Assembly: GCA_964016885.1 (NCBI GenBank) | Contig: OZ024743.1 | Span: 135,966,001 to 136,030,000 of the forward strand | DNA length: 64,000 bases | Source: Eledone cirrhosa | Taxonomy: Eukaryota | Direction of reading: 5' to 3' | Shown here: piece after piece, positions 12,001-23,188 of the stretch | Layout: each line of letters opens with the position of its first letter | Numbering within the stretch: the stretch's first letter is position 1 | The notes under the pieces: model-generated | Told to the model about the DNA's origin: nothing | The model's input: only the letters and a program-made list of their open reading frames with translations | The model's database searches: none | Program-made: the position numbers and the translations under genes

Positions 12001-15000
12001 GTGCTTGGTGCTTGGTGTTTGGTGCTTGGTGCTTGGTGTTTGCTGTTTGCTGTTTGGTGTTTGTTGTTTGATGTTTGTTGTTTGGCGTTTGCTGTTTGGT
12101 GTTTGGTGTTTGCTTTTTGGTGTTTGGTGTTTGCTGTATGTTGTTTGCTGTTTGGTGTTTGGTGTTTGGTGCCTGGTGCTTGGTGCTTGGTGCTTGGTGT
12201 TTGGTGTTTGGTGCTTGGTGCTTGGTGCTTGGTGTTTGGTGCTTGGTGCTTGGTGTTTTGTGTTTCGTGTTTGGTTTTTGGTGCTTGGTGCTTGGTGCTT
12301 GGTCCTTGGTGTTAGGTGCTGGGTGCTTTGTGTTTGGTGCTTGGTGCTTGGTGTTTGGTGTTTGCTGCTTGGTGCTTGATGCTTGGTGTTTGGTGCTTGG
12401 TGCTTGGTGCTTGGTGTTTGTACTTGGTGCTTGGTGCTTGGTGTTTGGTTCTTGGTTCTTGGTGTTTGGTGTTTGGCATTTGGTGTTTGGTGCTTGGTGC
12501 TTGGTGTTTGGTGCTTGGTGCTTGGTGTTTGGTGCCTGGTGCTTGGTGCTTGGTGCTTGGTGTTTGGAGTTTGGTGTTTGGTGCTTGGTGCTTGGTGCTT
12601 GGTCCTTGGTGTTTGGTGCTGGGTGCTTTGTGTTTGGTGATTGGTGCTTGGTGTTTGGTGTTTGCTGCTTGGTGTTTGATGCTTGGTGCTTGGTGTTTTG
12701 TGTTTGGTGCTTGGTGCTTGGTGTTTGGTGCTTGGTGCTTGGTGCTTGGTGTTTGTATTTGGTGCTTGGTGTTTGGTGTTTGGTTCTTGGTTCTTGGTGT
12801 TTGGTACTTGGTGCTTGGTGCTTGGTGCTTGGTGTTAGGTATTTGGTGCTTGGTGCTTCGTGTTTGGTGCTTGGTGTTTGGTGTTTGCTGTTTGGAGTTT
12901 GGTGTTTGGTGTTTGGTTTTGCTGTCTGGTGTCTGCTTTTTGGTGTTTAGTGTTTGCTGTATGGTGTTTGCTGTTTCGTGTTTGGTGTTTGCTGTTTGGT
13001 GTTTGGTCTTTGGTGCTTGGTGTTTGGTGCTTGGTGTTTGGTGTTTGGTGCTTGCTGCTTGGTGTTTGGTGTTTGGTGCTTGGTGCTTGGTGTTTGGTGT
13101 TTAGTGTTTGGTGCTTGGTGTCTGGTGCTTGGTGTTTGGTGTTTGGTGCTTGGTGTTTGGTGTTTGGTGATTGGTGCTTGGTGTTTGGTGTTTGCTGCTT
13201 GGTGTTTGATGCTTGGTGCTTGGTGTTTTGTGTTTGGTGCTTGGTGCTTGGTGTTTGGTTCTTGGTTCTTGGTGTTTGGTACTTGGTGCTTGGTGTTTGG
13301 TGTTTGCTGTTTGGTGTTTGGTGTTTGGTGTTTGGTGTTTGCTGTTTGGTGTCTGCTTTTTGGTGTTTAGTGTTTGCTGTATGGTGTTTGGTGTTTGCTG
13401 TTTGGTGTTTGGTCTTTGGTGCTTGGTGTTTGGTGCTCGGTGCTTGGTGTTTGGTATTCGGTGCTTGCTGCTTGGTGTTTGGTGCTTGGTGTTTGGTGTT
13501 TGGTGTTTGGTGCTTGGTGTCTGGTGCTTGGTGTTTGGTGCTTGGTGTTTGGTGTTTGGTGCTTGGTGTTTGGTGTTTGGTGTTTGGTGCTTGGTGCTTG
13601 GTGTTTGGTGTTTGGTGTTTGGTGCTTGGTGTCTGGTGCTTGATGTTTGGTGTTTGGTGCTTGGTGTTTGTTGTTTGGTGTTTGTTGCTTGGTGCTTGGT
13701 GCTTGGTGTTTGGTGTTTGGTGTTTGGTGCTTGGTGCTTGGTGTTTGGTGCTTGGTGCTGAGTGGTTGGTGTTTGGTGCTTGGTGTTTGGTGCTGGGTGC
13801 TTGGTTTTTGGTCCTGGGTGCTTGGTGTTTGGTGCTTGGTGCTTGGTGCTTGGTGTTTGGTGCTTGGTGCTTTGTGTTTGGTGCTTGGTGCTTAGTGTTT
13901 GGTGCTAGGTGCTTGGTGTTTGGTGCTTGGTGTTTGGTGCTTGGTGCTTGGTGTTTGGTGTTTGGTGTTTGGTGCTTGGTGTTTGGTGCTTGGTGCTTGG
14001 TGTTTGGTGTTTGGTGCTTGGTGCTTGGTGCTTGGTGTTTGGTGTTTGGTGTTTGGTGCTTGGTGCTTGGTGTTTGGTGCTTGGTGCTGAGTGGTTGGTG
14101 TTTGGTGCTTGGTGTTTGGTGCTGGGTGCTTGGTTTTTGGTCCTGGGTGCTTGGTGTTTGGTGCTTGGTGCTTGGTGCTTGGTGTTTGGTGCTTGGTGCT
14201 TGGTGTTTGGTGCTTGGTGCTTAGTGTTTGGTGCTAGGTGCTTGGTGTTTGGTGCTTGGTGTTTGGTGCTTGGTGCTTGGTGCTTGGTGTTTGTACTTGG
14301 TGCTTGGTGTTTGGTGTTTGGTTCTTGGTTCTTGGTGTTTGGTACTTGGTGCTTGGTGCTTGGTGCTTGGTGCTTGGTGTTAGGTATTTGGTGCTTGGTG
14401 CTTCGTGTTTGGTGCTTGGTGTTTGGTGTTTGCTGTTTGGAGTTTGCTGTTTGGTGTTTGGTTTTGCTGTCTGGTGTCTGCTTTTTGGTGTTTAGTGTTT
14501 GCTGTATGGTGTTTGCTGTTTCGTGTTTGGTGTTTGCTGTTTGGTGTTTGGTCTTTGGTGCTTGGTGTTTGGTGCTTGGTGTTTGGTGTTTGGTGCTTGC
14601 TGCTTGGTGTTTGGTGTTTGGTGCTTGGTGCTTAGTGTTTGGTGTTTAGTGTTTGGTGCTTGGTGTCTGGTGCTTGGTGTTTGGTGTTTGGTGCTTGGTG
14701 TTTGGTGTTTGGTGATTGGTGCTTGGTGTTTGGTGTTTGCTGCTTGGTGTTTGATGCTTGGTGCTTGGTGTTTTGTGTTTGGTGCTTGGTGCTTGGAGTT
14801 TGGTGCTTGATGTTTGATGTTTGGTGTTTGGTGCTTGGTGTTTGGTGCTTGGTGCTTGGTGCTTGGTGCTTGGTGCTTGGTGCTTGGTGTTAGGTATTTG
14901 GTGCTTGGTGCTTGGTGTTTGGTGCTTGGTGTTTGGTGTTTGCTGTTTGGTGTTTGGTGTTTGCTGTTTGGTGTTTGCTGTTTGGTGTTTGGTGTTTGCT

Positions 15001-17800
15001 GTTTGGTGTTTGGTCTTTGGTGCTTGGTGTTTGGTGCTTGGTGTTTGGTGTTTGGTGCTTGGTGCTTGGTGTTTGGTGTTTGGTGCTTGGTGCCTGGTGT
15101 TTGGTGTTTGGTGTTTGGTGCTTGGTGTCTGGTGCTTGGCGTTTGGTGCTTGGTGTTTGGTGTTTGGTGCTTGGTGCTTGGTGTTTGGTGTTTGGTGCTT
15201 GGTGTTTGGTGTTTGGTGCTTGTTGCTTGGTGCTTGATGTTTGGTGCTTGGTGCTTGGTGTTTGGTGCTGGGTGCTTGGTGCTTGTTATTTGGTTTTTGG
15301 TGCTTGGTGCTTGGTGTTTGGTGTTTGGTGTTATATGCTTGGTGTTTGATGCTTGGTGCTTGGTGCTTGGTGTTTGGTGTTTGGTGTTTGGTGCTTGGTG
15401 CTTAGTGTTTGGTGCTTGGTGCTGAGTGGTTGGTGTTTGGTGCTTGGTGTTTGGTGCTGGGTGCTTGGTGTTTGGTGCTGGGTGCTTGGTGTTTGGTGCT
15501 TGGTGCTTGGTCTTTGGTGCTTGGTGTTTGGTGCTTGGTGCTTGGTGCTTGGTGTTTGGTGCTTGGTGCTTGGTGTTTGGTGCTTGGTGCTTGGTGTTTG
15601 CTGTTTGCTGTTTGGTGTTTGTTGTTTGGTGTTTGTTGTTTGGTGTTTGCTGTTTGGTGTTTGGTGTTTGCTTTTTGGTGTTTGGTGTTTGCTGTATGTT
15701 GTTTGCTGTTTGGTGTTTGGTGTTTGGTGCCTGGTGCTTGGTGCTTGGTGCTTGGTGTTTGGTGTTTGGTGCTTGGTGCTTGGTGCTTGGTGTTTGGTGC
15801 TTGGTGCTTGGTGTTTTGTGTTTCGTGTTTGGTTTTTGGTGCTTGGTGCTTGGTGCTTGGTCCTTGGTGTTAGGTGCTGGGTGCTTTGTGTTTGGTGCTT
15901 GGTGCTTGGTGTTTGGTGTTTGCTGCTTGGTGCTTGATGCTTGGTGTTTGGTGCTTGGTGCTTGGTGCTTGGTGTTTGTACTTGGTGCTTGGTGCTTGGT
16001 GTTTGGTTCTTGGTTCTTGGTGTTTGGTGTTTGGCATTTGGTGTTTGGTGCTTGGTGCTTGGTGTTTGGTGCTTGGTGCTTGGTGTTTGGTGCCTGGTGC
16101 TTGGTGCTTGGTGCTTGGTGTTTGGAGTTTGGTGTTTGGTGCTTGGTGCTTGGTGCTTGGTCCTTGGTGTTTGGTGCTGGGTGCTTTGTGTTTGGTGATT
16201 GGTGCTTGGTGTTTGGTGTTTGCTGCTTGGTGTTTGATGCTTGGTGCTTGGTGTTTTGTGTTTGGTGCTTGGTGCTTGGTGTTTGGTGCTTGGTGCTTGG
16301 TGCTTGGTGTTTGTACTTGGTGCTTGGTGTTTGGTGTTTGGTTCTTGGTTCTTGGTGTTTGGTACTTGGTGCTTGGTGCTTGGTGCTTGGTGTTAGGTAT
16401 TTGGTGCTTGGTGCTTCGTGTTTGGTGCTTGGTGTTTGGTGTTTGCTGTTTGGAGTTTGGTGTTTGGTGTTTGGTTTTGCTGTCTGGTGTCTGCTTTTTG
16501 GTGTTTAGTGTTTGCTGTATGGTGTTTGCTGTTTCGTGTTTGGTGTTTGCTGTTTGGTGTTTGGTCTTTGGTGCTTGGTGCTTGGTGCTTGGTGCTTGGT
16601 GTTTGGTGTTTGGTGCTTGCTGCTTGGTGTTTGGTGTTTGGTGCTTGGTGCTTGGTGTTTGGTGTTTAGTGTTTGGTGCTTGGTGTCTGGTGCTTGGTAT
16701 TTGGTGTTTGGTGCTTGGTGTTTGGTGTTTGGTGATTGGTGCTTGGTGTTTGGTGTTTGCTGCTTTGTGTTTGATGCTTGGTGCTTGGTGTTTTGTGTTT
16801 GGTGCTTGGTGCTTGGTGTTTGGTTCTTGGTTCTTGGTGTTTGGTACTTGGTGCTTGGTGTTTGGTGTTTGCTGTTTGGTGTTTGGTGTTTGGTGTTTGG
16901 TGTTTGCTGTTTGGTGTCTGCTTTTTGGTGTTTAGTGTTTGCTGTATGGTGTTTCGTGTTTGCTGTTTGGTGTTTGGTCTTTGGTGCTTGGTGTTTGGTG
17001 CTCGGTGCTTGGTGTTTGGTATTCGGTGCTTGCTGCTTGGTGTTTGGTGCTTGGTGTTTGGTGTTTGGTGTTTGGTGCTTGGTGTCTGGTGCTTGGTGTT
17101 TGGTGCTTGGTGTTTGGTGTTTGGTGCTTGGTGTTTGGTGTTTGGTGTTTGGTGCTTGGTGCTTGGTGTTTGGTGTTTGGTGTTTGGTGCTTGGTGTCTG
17201 GTGCTTGGTGTTTGGTGTTTGGTGCTTGGTGTTTGGTGTTTGGTGTTTGTTGCTTGGTGCTTGGTGCTTGGTGTTTGGTGTTTGGTGTTTGGTGCTTGGT
17301 GCTTGGTGTTTGGTGCTTGGTGCTGAGTGGTTGGTGTTTGGTGCTTGGTGTTTGGTGCTGGGTGCTTGGTTTTTGGTCCTGGGTGCTTGGTGTTTGGTGC
17401 TTGGTGCTTGGTGCTTGGTGTTTGGTGCTTGGTGCTTGGTGTTTGGTGCTTGGTGCTTAGTGTTTGGTGCTAGGTGCTTGGTGTTTGGTGCTTGGTGTTT
17501 GGTGCTTGGTGCTTGGTGTTTGGTGTTTGGTTTTTGGTGCTTGGCGTTTGGTGCTTGGTGCTTGGTGTTTGGTGTTTGGTGCTTGGTGCTTGGTGCTTGG
17601 TGTTTGGTGTTTGGTGTTTGGTGCTTGGTGCTTGGTGTTTGGTGCTTGGTGCTGAGTGGTTGGTGTTTGGTGCTTGGTGTTTGGTGCTGGGTGCTTGGTT
17701 TTTGGTCCTGGGTGCTTGGTGTTTGGTGCTTGGTGCTTGGTGCTTGGTGTTTGGTGCTTGGTGCTTGGTGTTTGGTGCTTGGTGCTTAGTGTTTGGTGCT
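5300..17800 (+). repeat. ~3.55-3.58-kb HOR, about three copies, the middle one expanded by a 1859-bp internal duplication
   Basis: Offsets of 3579 (6430/10009, 6878/10457, 7422/11001) and 5417 = 3558 + 1859 (8988/14405, 9082/14499, 9936/15353, 10457/15874). The marker TTATATG occurs once per copy (about 6335, 9914, 15331). Edges approximate. Confidence 0.85.
10099..13872 (+). repeat. Near-perfect tandem duplication, 1859-bp unit
   Basis: ORF pairs 10216/12075, 10457/12316, 11001/12860 and 11515/13374 differ by 1859. Both copies carry TTTGATG-TTTGTTG-TTTGGCG (about 10208 and 12067) and the TGA-creating CTTGATG (11784 and 13643). Confidence 0.92.
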
Positions 17801-19239
17801 AGGTGCTTGGTGTTTGGTGCTTGGTGTTTGGTGCTTGGTGCTTGGTGTTTGGTGTTTGGTGTTTGGTGCTTGGTGCTTGGTGTTTGCTGTTTGCTGTTTG
17901 GTGTTTGTTGTTTGGTGTTTGTTGTTTGGTGTTTGCTGTTTGGTGTTTGGTGTTTGCTATTTGGTGTTTGGTGTTTGCTGTATGTTGTTTGCTGTTTGGT
18001 GTTTGGTGTTTGGTGTTTGGTGTTTGGTGTTTGGTGTTTGGTGCTTGGTGTTTGGTGCTTGGTGCTTGGTGTTTGGTGCCTGGTGCTTGGTGCTTGATGC
18101 TTGGTGTTTGGTGTTTGATGCTTGGTGCTTGGTGCTTGGTGTTTTGTGTTTGGTGCTTGGTGCTTGGTGTTTGGTGCTTGGTGCTTGGTGCTTGGTGTTT
18201 GTACTTGGTGCTTGGTGCTTGGTGCTTGGTGTTTGGTTCTTGGTTCTTGGTGTTTGGTGTTTTGCGTTTGGTGTTTGGTGCTTGGTGCTTGGTGTTTGGT
18301 GCCTGGTGCTTGGTGCTTGGTGCTTGGTGTTTGGTGTTTGGTGCTTGGTGCTTGGAGTTTGGTGTTTGGTGCTTGGTGCTTGGTGCTTGGTCCTTGGTGT
18401 TTGGTGCAGGGTGCTTTGTGTTTGGTGATTGGTGCTTGGTGTTTGGTGTTTGCTGCTTGGTGCTTGGTGCTTGGTGTTTCTACTTGGTGCTTGGTGCTTG
18501 GTGTTTGGTTCTTGGTTCTTGGTGTTTGGTACTTGGTGCTTGGTGCTTGGTGCTTGATGTTTGGTGTTTGGTGCTTGGTGTTTGGTGCTTGGTGGTTGGT
18601 GCTTGGTGCTTGGTGCTTGGTGTTAGGTATTTGGTGCTTGGTGCTTGGTGTTTGGTGCTTGGTGTTTGGTGTTTGCTGTTTGGTGTTTGGTGTTTGCTGT
18701 TTGGATTTTGCTGTTTGGTGTTTGGTGTTTGCTGTTTGGTGTTTGGTCTTTGGTGCTTGGTGTTTGGTGCTTGGTGTTTGGTGTTTGGTGCTTGGTGCTT
18801 GGTGCTTGGTGTTTGGTGCTTGGTGCTTGGTGTTTTGTGTTTCGTGTTTGGTTTTTGGTGCTTGGTGCTTGGTGCTTGGTCCTTGGTGTTAGGTGCTGGG
18901 TGCTTTGTGTTTGGTGCTTGGTGCTTGGTGTTTGGTGTTTGCTGCTTGGTGCTTGATGCTTGGTGTTTGGTGCTTGGTGCTTGGTGCTTCGTGTTTGTAC
19001 TTGGTGCTTAGTGCTTGGTGTTTGGTTCTTGGTTCTTGGTGTTTGGTGCTTGGCATTTGGTGTTTGGTGCTTGGTGCTTGGTGTTTGGTGCTTGGTGCTT
19101 GGTGTTTGGTGCCTGGTGCTTGGTGCTTGGTGCTTGGTGTTTGGAGTTTGGTGTTTGGTGCTTGGTGCTTGGTGCTTGGTCCTTGGTGTTTGGTGCTGGG
19201 TGCTTTGTGTTTGGTGATTGGTGCTTGGTGTTTGGTGTT

Positions 19240-20540
19240 TGCTGCTTGGTGTTTGATGCTTGGTGCTTGGTGTTTTGTGTTTGGTGCTTGGTGCTTGGTG
19301 TTTGGTGCTTGGTGCTTGGTGCTTGGTGTTTGTACTTGGTGCTTGGTGTTTGGTGTTTGGTTCTTGGTTCTTGGTGTTTCGTACTTGGTGCTTGGTGCTT
19401 GGTGCTTGGTGTTAGGTATTTGGTGCTTGGTGCTTCGTGTTTGGTGCTTGGTGTTTGGTGTTTGCTGTTTGGAGTTTGGTGTTTGGTGTTTGGTTTTGCT
19501 GTCTGGTGTCTGCTTTTTGGTGTTTAGTGTTTGCTGTATGGTGTTTGCTGTTTCGTGTTTGGTGTTTGCTGTTTGGTGTTTGGTCTTTGGTGCTTGGTGT
19601 TTGGTGCTTGGTGTTTGGTGTTTGGTGCTTGCTGCTTGGTGTTTGGTGTTTGGTGCTTGGTGCTTGGTGTTTGGTGTTTAGTGTTTGGTGCTTGGTGTCT
19701 GGTGCTTGGTGTTTGGTGTTTGGTGCTTGGTGTTTGGTGTTTGGTGATTGGTGCTTGGTGTTTGGTGTTTGCTGCTTGGTGTTTGATGCTTGGTGCTTGG
19801 TGTTTTGTGTTTGGTGCTTGGTGCTTGGTGTTTGGTGCTTGGTGCTTGGTGCTTGGTGTTTGTACTTGGTGCTTGGTGCTTGGTGTTTGGTTCTTGGTTC
19901 TTGGTGTTTGGTACTTGGTGCTTGGTGTTTGGTGTTTGCTGTTTGGTGTTTGGTGTTTGGTGTTTGGTGTTTGCTGTTTGGTGTCTGCTTTTTGGTGTTT
20001 AGTGTTTGCTGTATGGTGTTTGGTGTTTGCTGTTTCGTGTTTGGTCTTTGGTGCTTGGTGTTTGGTGCTCGGTGCTTGGTGTTTGGTATTCGGTGCTTGG
20101 TGCTTGGTGTTTGGTGCTTGGTGTTTGGTGTTTGGTGTTTGGTGCTTGGTGTCTGGTGCTTGGTGTTTGGTGCTTGGTGTTTGGTGTTTGGTGCTTGGTG
20201 TTTGGTGTTTGGTGTTTGGTGCTTGGTGCTTGGTGTTTGGTGTCTGGTGTTTGGTGCTTGGTGTCTGGTGCTTGGTGTTTGGTGTTTGGTGCTTGGTGTT
20301 TGGTGTTTGGTGTTTGGTGCTTGGTGCTTGGTGCTTGGTGTTTGGTGTTTGGTGTTTGGTGCTTGGTGCTTGGTGTTTGGTGCTTGGTGCTGAGTGGTTG
20401 GTGTTTGGTGCTTGGTGTTTGGTGCTGGGTGCTTGGTTTTTGGTCCTGGGTGCTTGGTGTTTGGTGCTTGGTGCTTGGTGCTTGGTGTTTGGTGCTTGGT
20501 GCTTGGTGTTTGGTGCTTGGTGCTTAGTGTTTGGTGCTAG
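19240..20540 (+). repeat. Dispersed copy of the 1-1300 block (offset 19240 bp)
   Basis: ORF pairs 197/19437, 291/19531, 550/19790, 766/20006 and 1291/20531 all differ by 19240, with the same variant order. Confidence 0.85.
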
Positions 20541-23156
20541 ATGCTTGGTGTTTGGTGCTTGGTGTTTGGTGCTTGGTGCTTGGTGTTTGGTGTTTGGTGT
20601 TTGGTGCTTGGTGTTTGGTGCTTGGTGCTTGGTGTTTGGTGTTTGGTGCTTGGTGCTTGGTGCTTGGTGTTTGGTGTTTGGTGTTTGGTGCTTGGTGCTT
20701 GGTGTTTGGTGCTTGGTGCTGAGTGGTTGGTGTTTGGTGCTTAGTGTTTGGTGCTGGGTGCTTGGTTTTTGGTCCTGGGTGCTTGGTGTTTGGTTCTGGG
20801 TGCTTGGTGCTTGGTGTTTGGTGCTTGGTGCTTGGTGTTTGGTGCTTGGTGCTTAGTGTTTGGTGCTAGGCGCTTGGTGTTTGGTGCTTGGTGTTTGGTG
20901 CTTGGTGCTTGGTGTTTGGTGTTTGGTGTTTGGTGCTTGGTGCTTGGTGTTTGCTGTTTGGTGTTTGGTGTTTGTTGTTTGGTGTTTGTTGTTTGGTGTT
21001 TGCTGTTTGGTGTTTGGTGTTTGCTATTTGGTGTTTGGTGTTTGCTGTATGTTGTTTGGTGTTTGGTGTTTGGTGTTTGGTGTTTGGTGTTTGGTGTTTG
21101 GTGTTTGGTGCTTGGTGTTTGGTGCTTGGTGCTTGGTGTTTGGTGCCTGGTGCTTGGTGCTTGATACTTGGTGTTTGGTTTTTGGTGCTTGTTGCTTGGT
21201 GCTTGGTCCTTGGTGTTTGGTGCTTGGTGCTTGGTGTTTGGTGCTTGGTGCTTGGTGCTTGGTGTTTGTACTTGGTGCTTGGTGCTTGGTGTTTGGTTCT
21301 TGGTTCTTGGTGTTTGGTGTTTTGCGTTTGGTGTTTGGTGCTTGGTGTTTGGTGCTTGGTGCTTGGTGTTTGGTGCCTGGTGCTTGGTGCTTGGTGCTTG
21401 GTGTTTGGTGTTTGGTGCTTGGTGCTTGGAGTTTGGTGTTTGGTGCTTGGTGCTTGGTGCTTGGTCCTTGGTGTTTGGTGCTGGGTGCTTTGTGTTTGGT
21501 GATTGGTGCTTGGTGTTTGGTGTTTGCTGCTTGGTGTTTGATGCTTGGTGTTTTGTATTTGGTGCTTGGTGCTTGGTGTTTGGTGCTTGGTGCTTGGTGC
21601 TTGGTGTTTCTACTTGGTGCTTGGTGCTTGGTGTTTGGTTCTTGGTTCTTGGTGTTTGGTACTTGGTGCTTGGTGCTTGGTGCTTGATGTTTGGTGTTTG
21701 GTGCTTGGTGTTTGGTGCTTGGTGGTTGGTGCTTGGTGCTTGGTGCTTGGTGTTAGGTATTTGGTGCTTGGTGCTTGGTGTTTGGTGCTTGGTGTTTGGT
21801 GTTTGCTGTTTGGTGTTTGCTGTTTGGTGTTTGGTGTTTGCTGTTTGGTGTTTGGTCTTTGGTGCTTGGTGTTTGGTGCTTGGTGTTTGGTGTTTGGTGC
21901 TTGGTGCTTGGTGTTTGGTGTTTGGTGCTTGGTGCTTGGTGTTTGGTGTTTGGTCTTTGGTGCTTGGTGTCTGGTGCTTGGTGTTTGGTGTTTGGTGATT
22001 GGTGTTTGGTGTTTGGTGCTTGGTGCTTGGTGTTTGGTGTTTGGTGCTTGGTGTTTGCTGTTTGGTGCTTGTTGCTTGGTGCTTGATGTTTGGTGCTTGG
22101 TGCTTGGTGTTTGGTGCTTGGTGTTTGGTGCTTGGTGCTTGGTGCTTGGTGCTTGGTGCTTGGTGTTAGGTATTTGGTGCTTGGTGCTTGGTGTTTGGTG
22201 CTTGGTGTTTGGTGTTTGCTGTTTGGTGTTTGGTGTTTGCTGTTTGGTGTTTGCTGTTTGGTGTTTGGTGTTTGGTGCTTGGTGCTTGGTGTTTGGTGCT
22301 TGGTGCTTGGTGCTTGGTGCTTGGTGTTTGGTGTTTGGTGCTTGGTGCTTGGTGCCTGGTGTTTGGTGTTTGGTGCTTGGTGCTTGGTGCTTGGTGTTTG
22401 GTGTTTGGTGCTTGGTGTTTTGTGTTTCGTGTTTGGTTTTTGGTGCTTGGTGCTTGGTGCTTGGTCCTTGGTGTTAGGTGCTGGGTGCTTTGTGTTTGGT
22501 GCTTGGTGCTTGGTGTTTGGTGTTTGCTGCTTGGTGCTTGATGCTTGGTGTTTGGTGCTTGGTGCTTGGTGCTTGGTGTTTGTACTTGGTGCTTGGTGCT
22601 TGGTGTTTGGTTCTTGGTTCTTGGTGTTTGGTGTTTGGCATTTGGTGTTTGGTGCTTGGTGCTTGGTGTTTGGTGCTTGGTGCTTGGTGTTTGGTGCCTG
22701 GTGCTTGGTGCTTGGTGCTTGGTGTTTGGTGTTTGGGGCTTGGTGCTTGGAGTTTGGTGTTTGGTGCTTGGTGCTTGGTGCTTGGTGTTTGGTGCTGGGT
22801 GCTTTGTGTTTGGTGATTGGTGCTTGGTGTTTGGTGTTTGCTGCTTGGTGTTTGATGCTTGGTGCTTGGTGTTTTGTGTTTGGTGCTTGGTGCTTGGTGT
22901 TTGGTGCTTGGTGCTTGGTGCTTGGTGTTTGTACTTGGTGCTTGGTGTTTGGTGTTTGGTTCTTGGTTCTTGGTGTTTGGTACTTGGTGCTTGGTGCTTG
23001 GTGCTTGCTGTTAGGTATTTGGTGCTTGGTGCTTCGTGTTTGGTGCTTGGTGTTTGGTGTTTGCTGTTTGGAGTTTGGTGTTTGGTGTTTGGTTTTGCTG
23101 TCTGGTGTCTGCTTTTTGGTGTTTAGTGTTTGCTGTATGGTGTTTGCTGTTTCGTG

Positions 23157-23188
23157 TTTGGTGTTTGCACCCAACACCAAACACCAAA
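23157..23188. other. Head-to-head strand-switch (inversion or fusion) junction
   Basis: The sequence reads ...TTTGGTG TTTG|C|ACCCAA CACCAAA... The left arm stops inside a TTTGCTG monomer (same context at about 311-330). The right arm starts at a CACCCAA monomer (same context at about 25100). C23168 fits both, and there are no inserted bases. Confidence 0.97.

Larger units (their letters stand above)
1..23167 (+). repeat. Heptamer satellite array, G/T-rich on + strand: (TTTGGTG/CTTGGTG)n, about 3,300 monomers, continuing beyond the left edge
   Basis: Seen directly: uninterrupted 7-bp units with substitution variants (TTTGCTG, CTTGATG, ATTGGTG, CTGAGTG, TTAGGTA, CTGGGTG, TTTAGTG) and occasional 6-bp units (TTTGTA 89-94, TTTGGT 249-254). 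A is very rare on the + strand. Confidence 0.99.
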
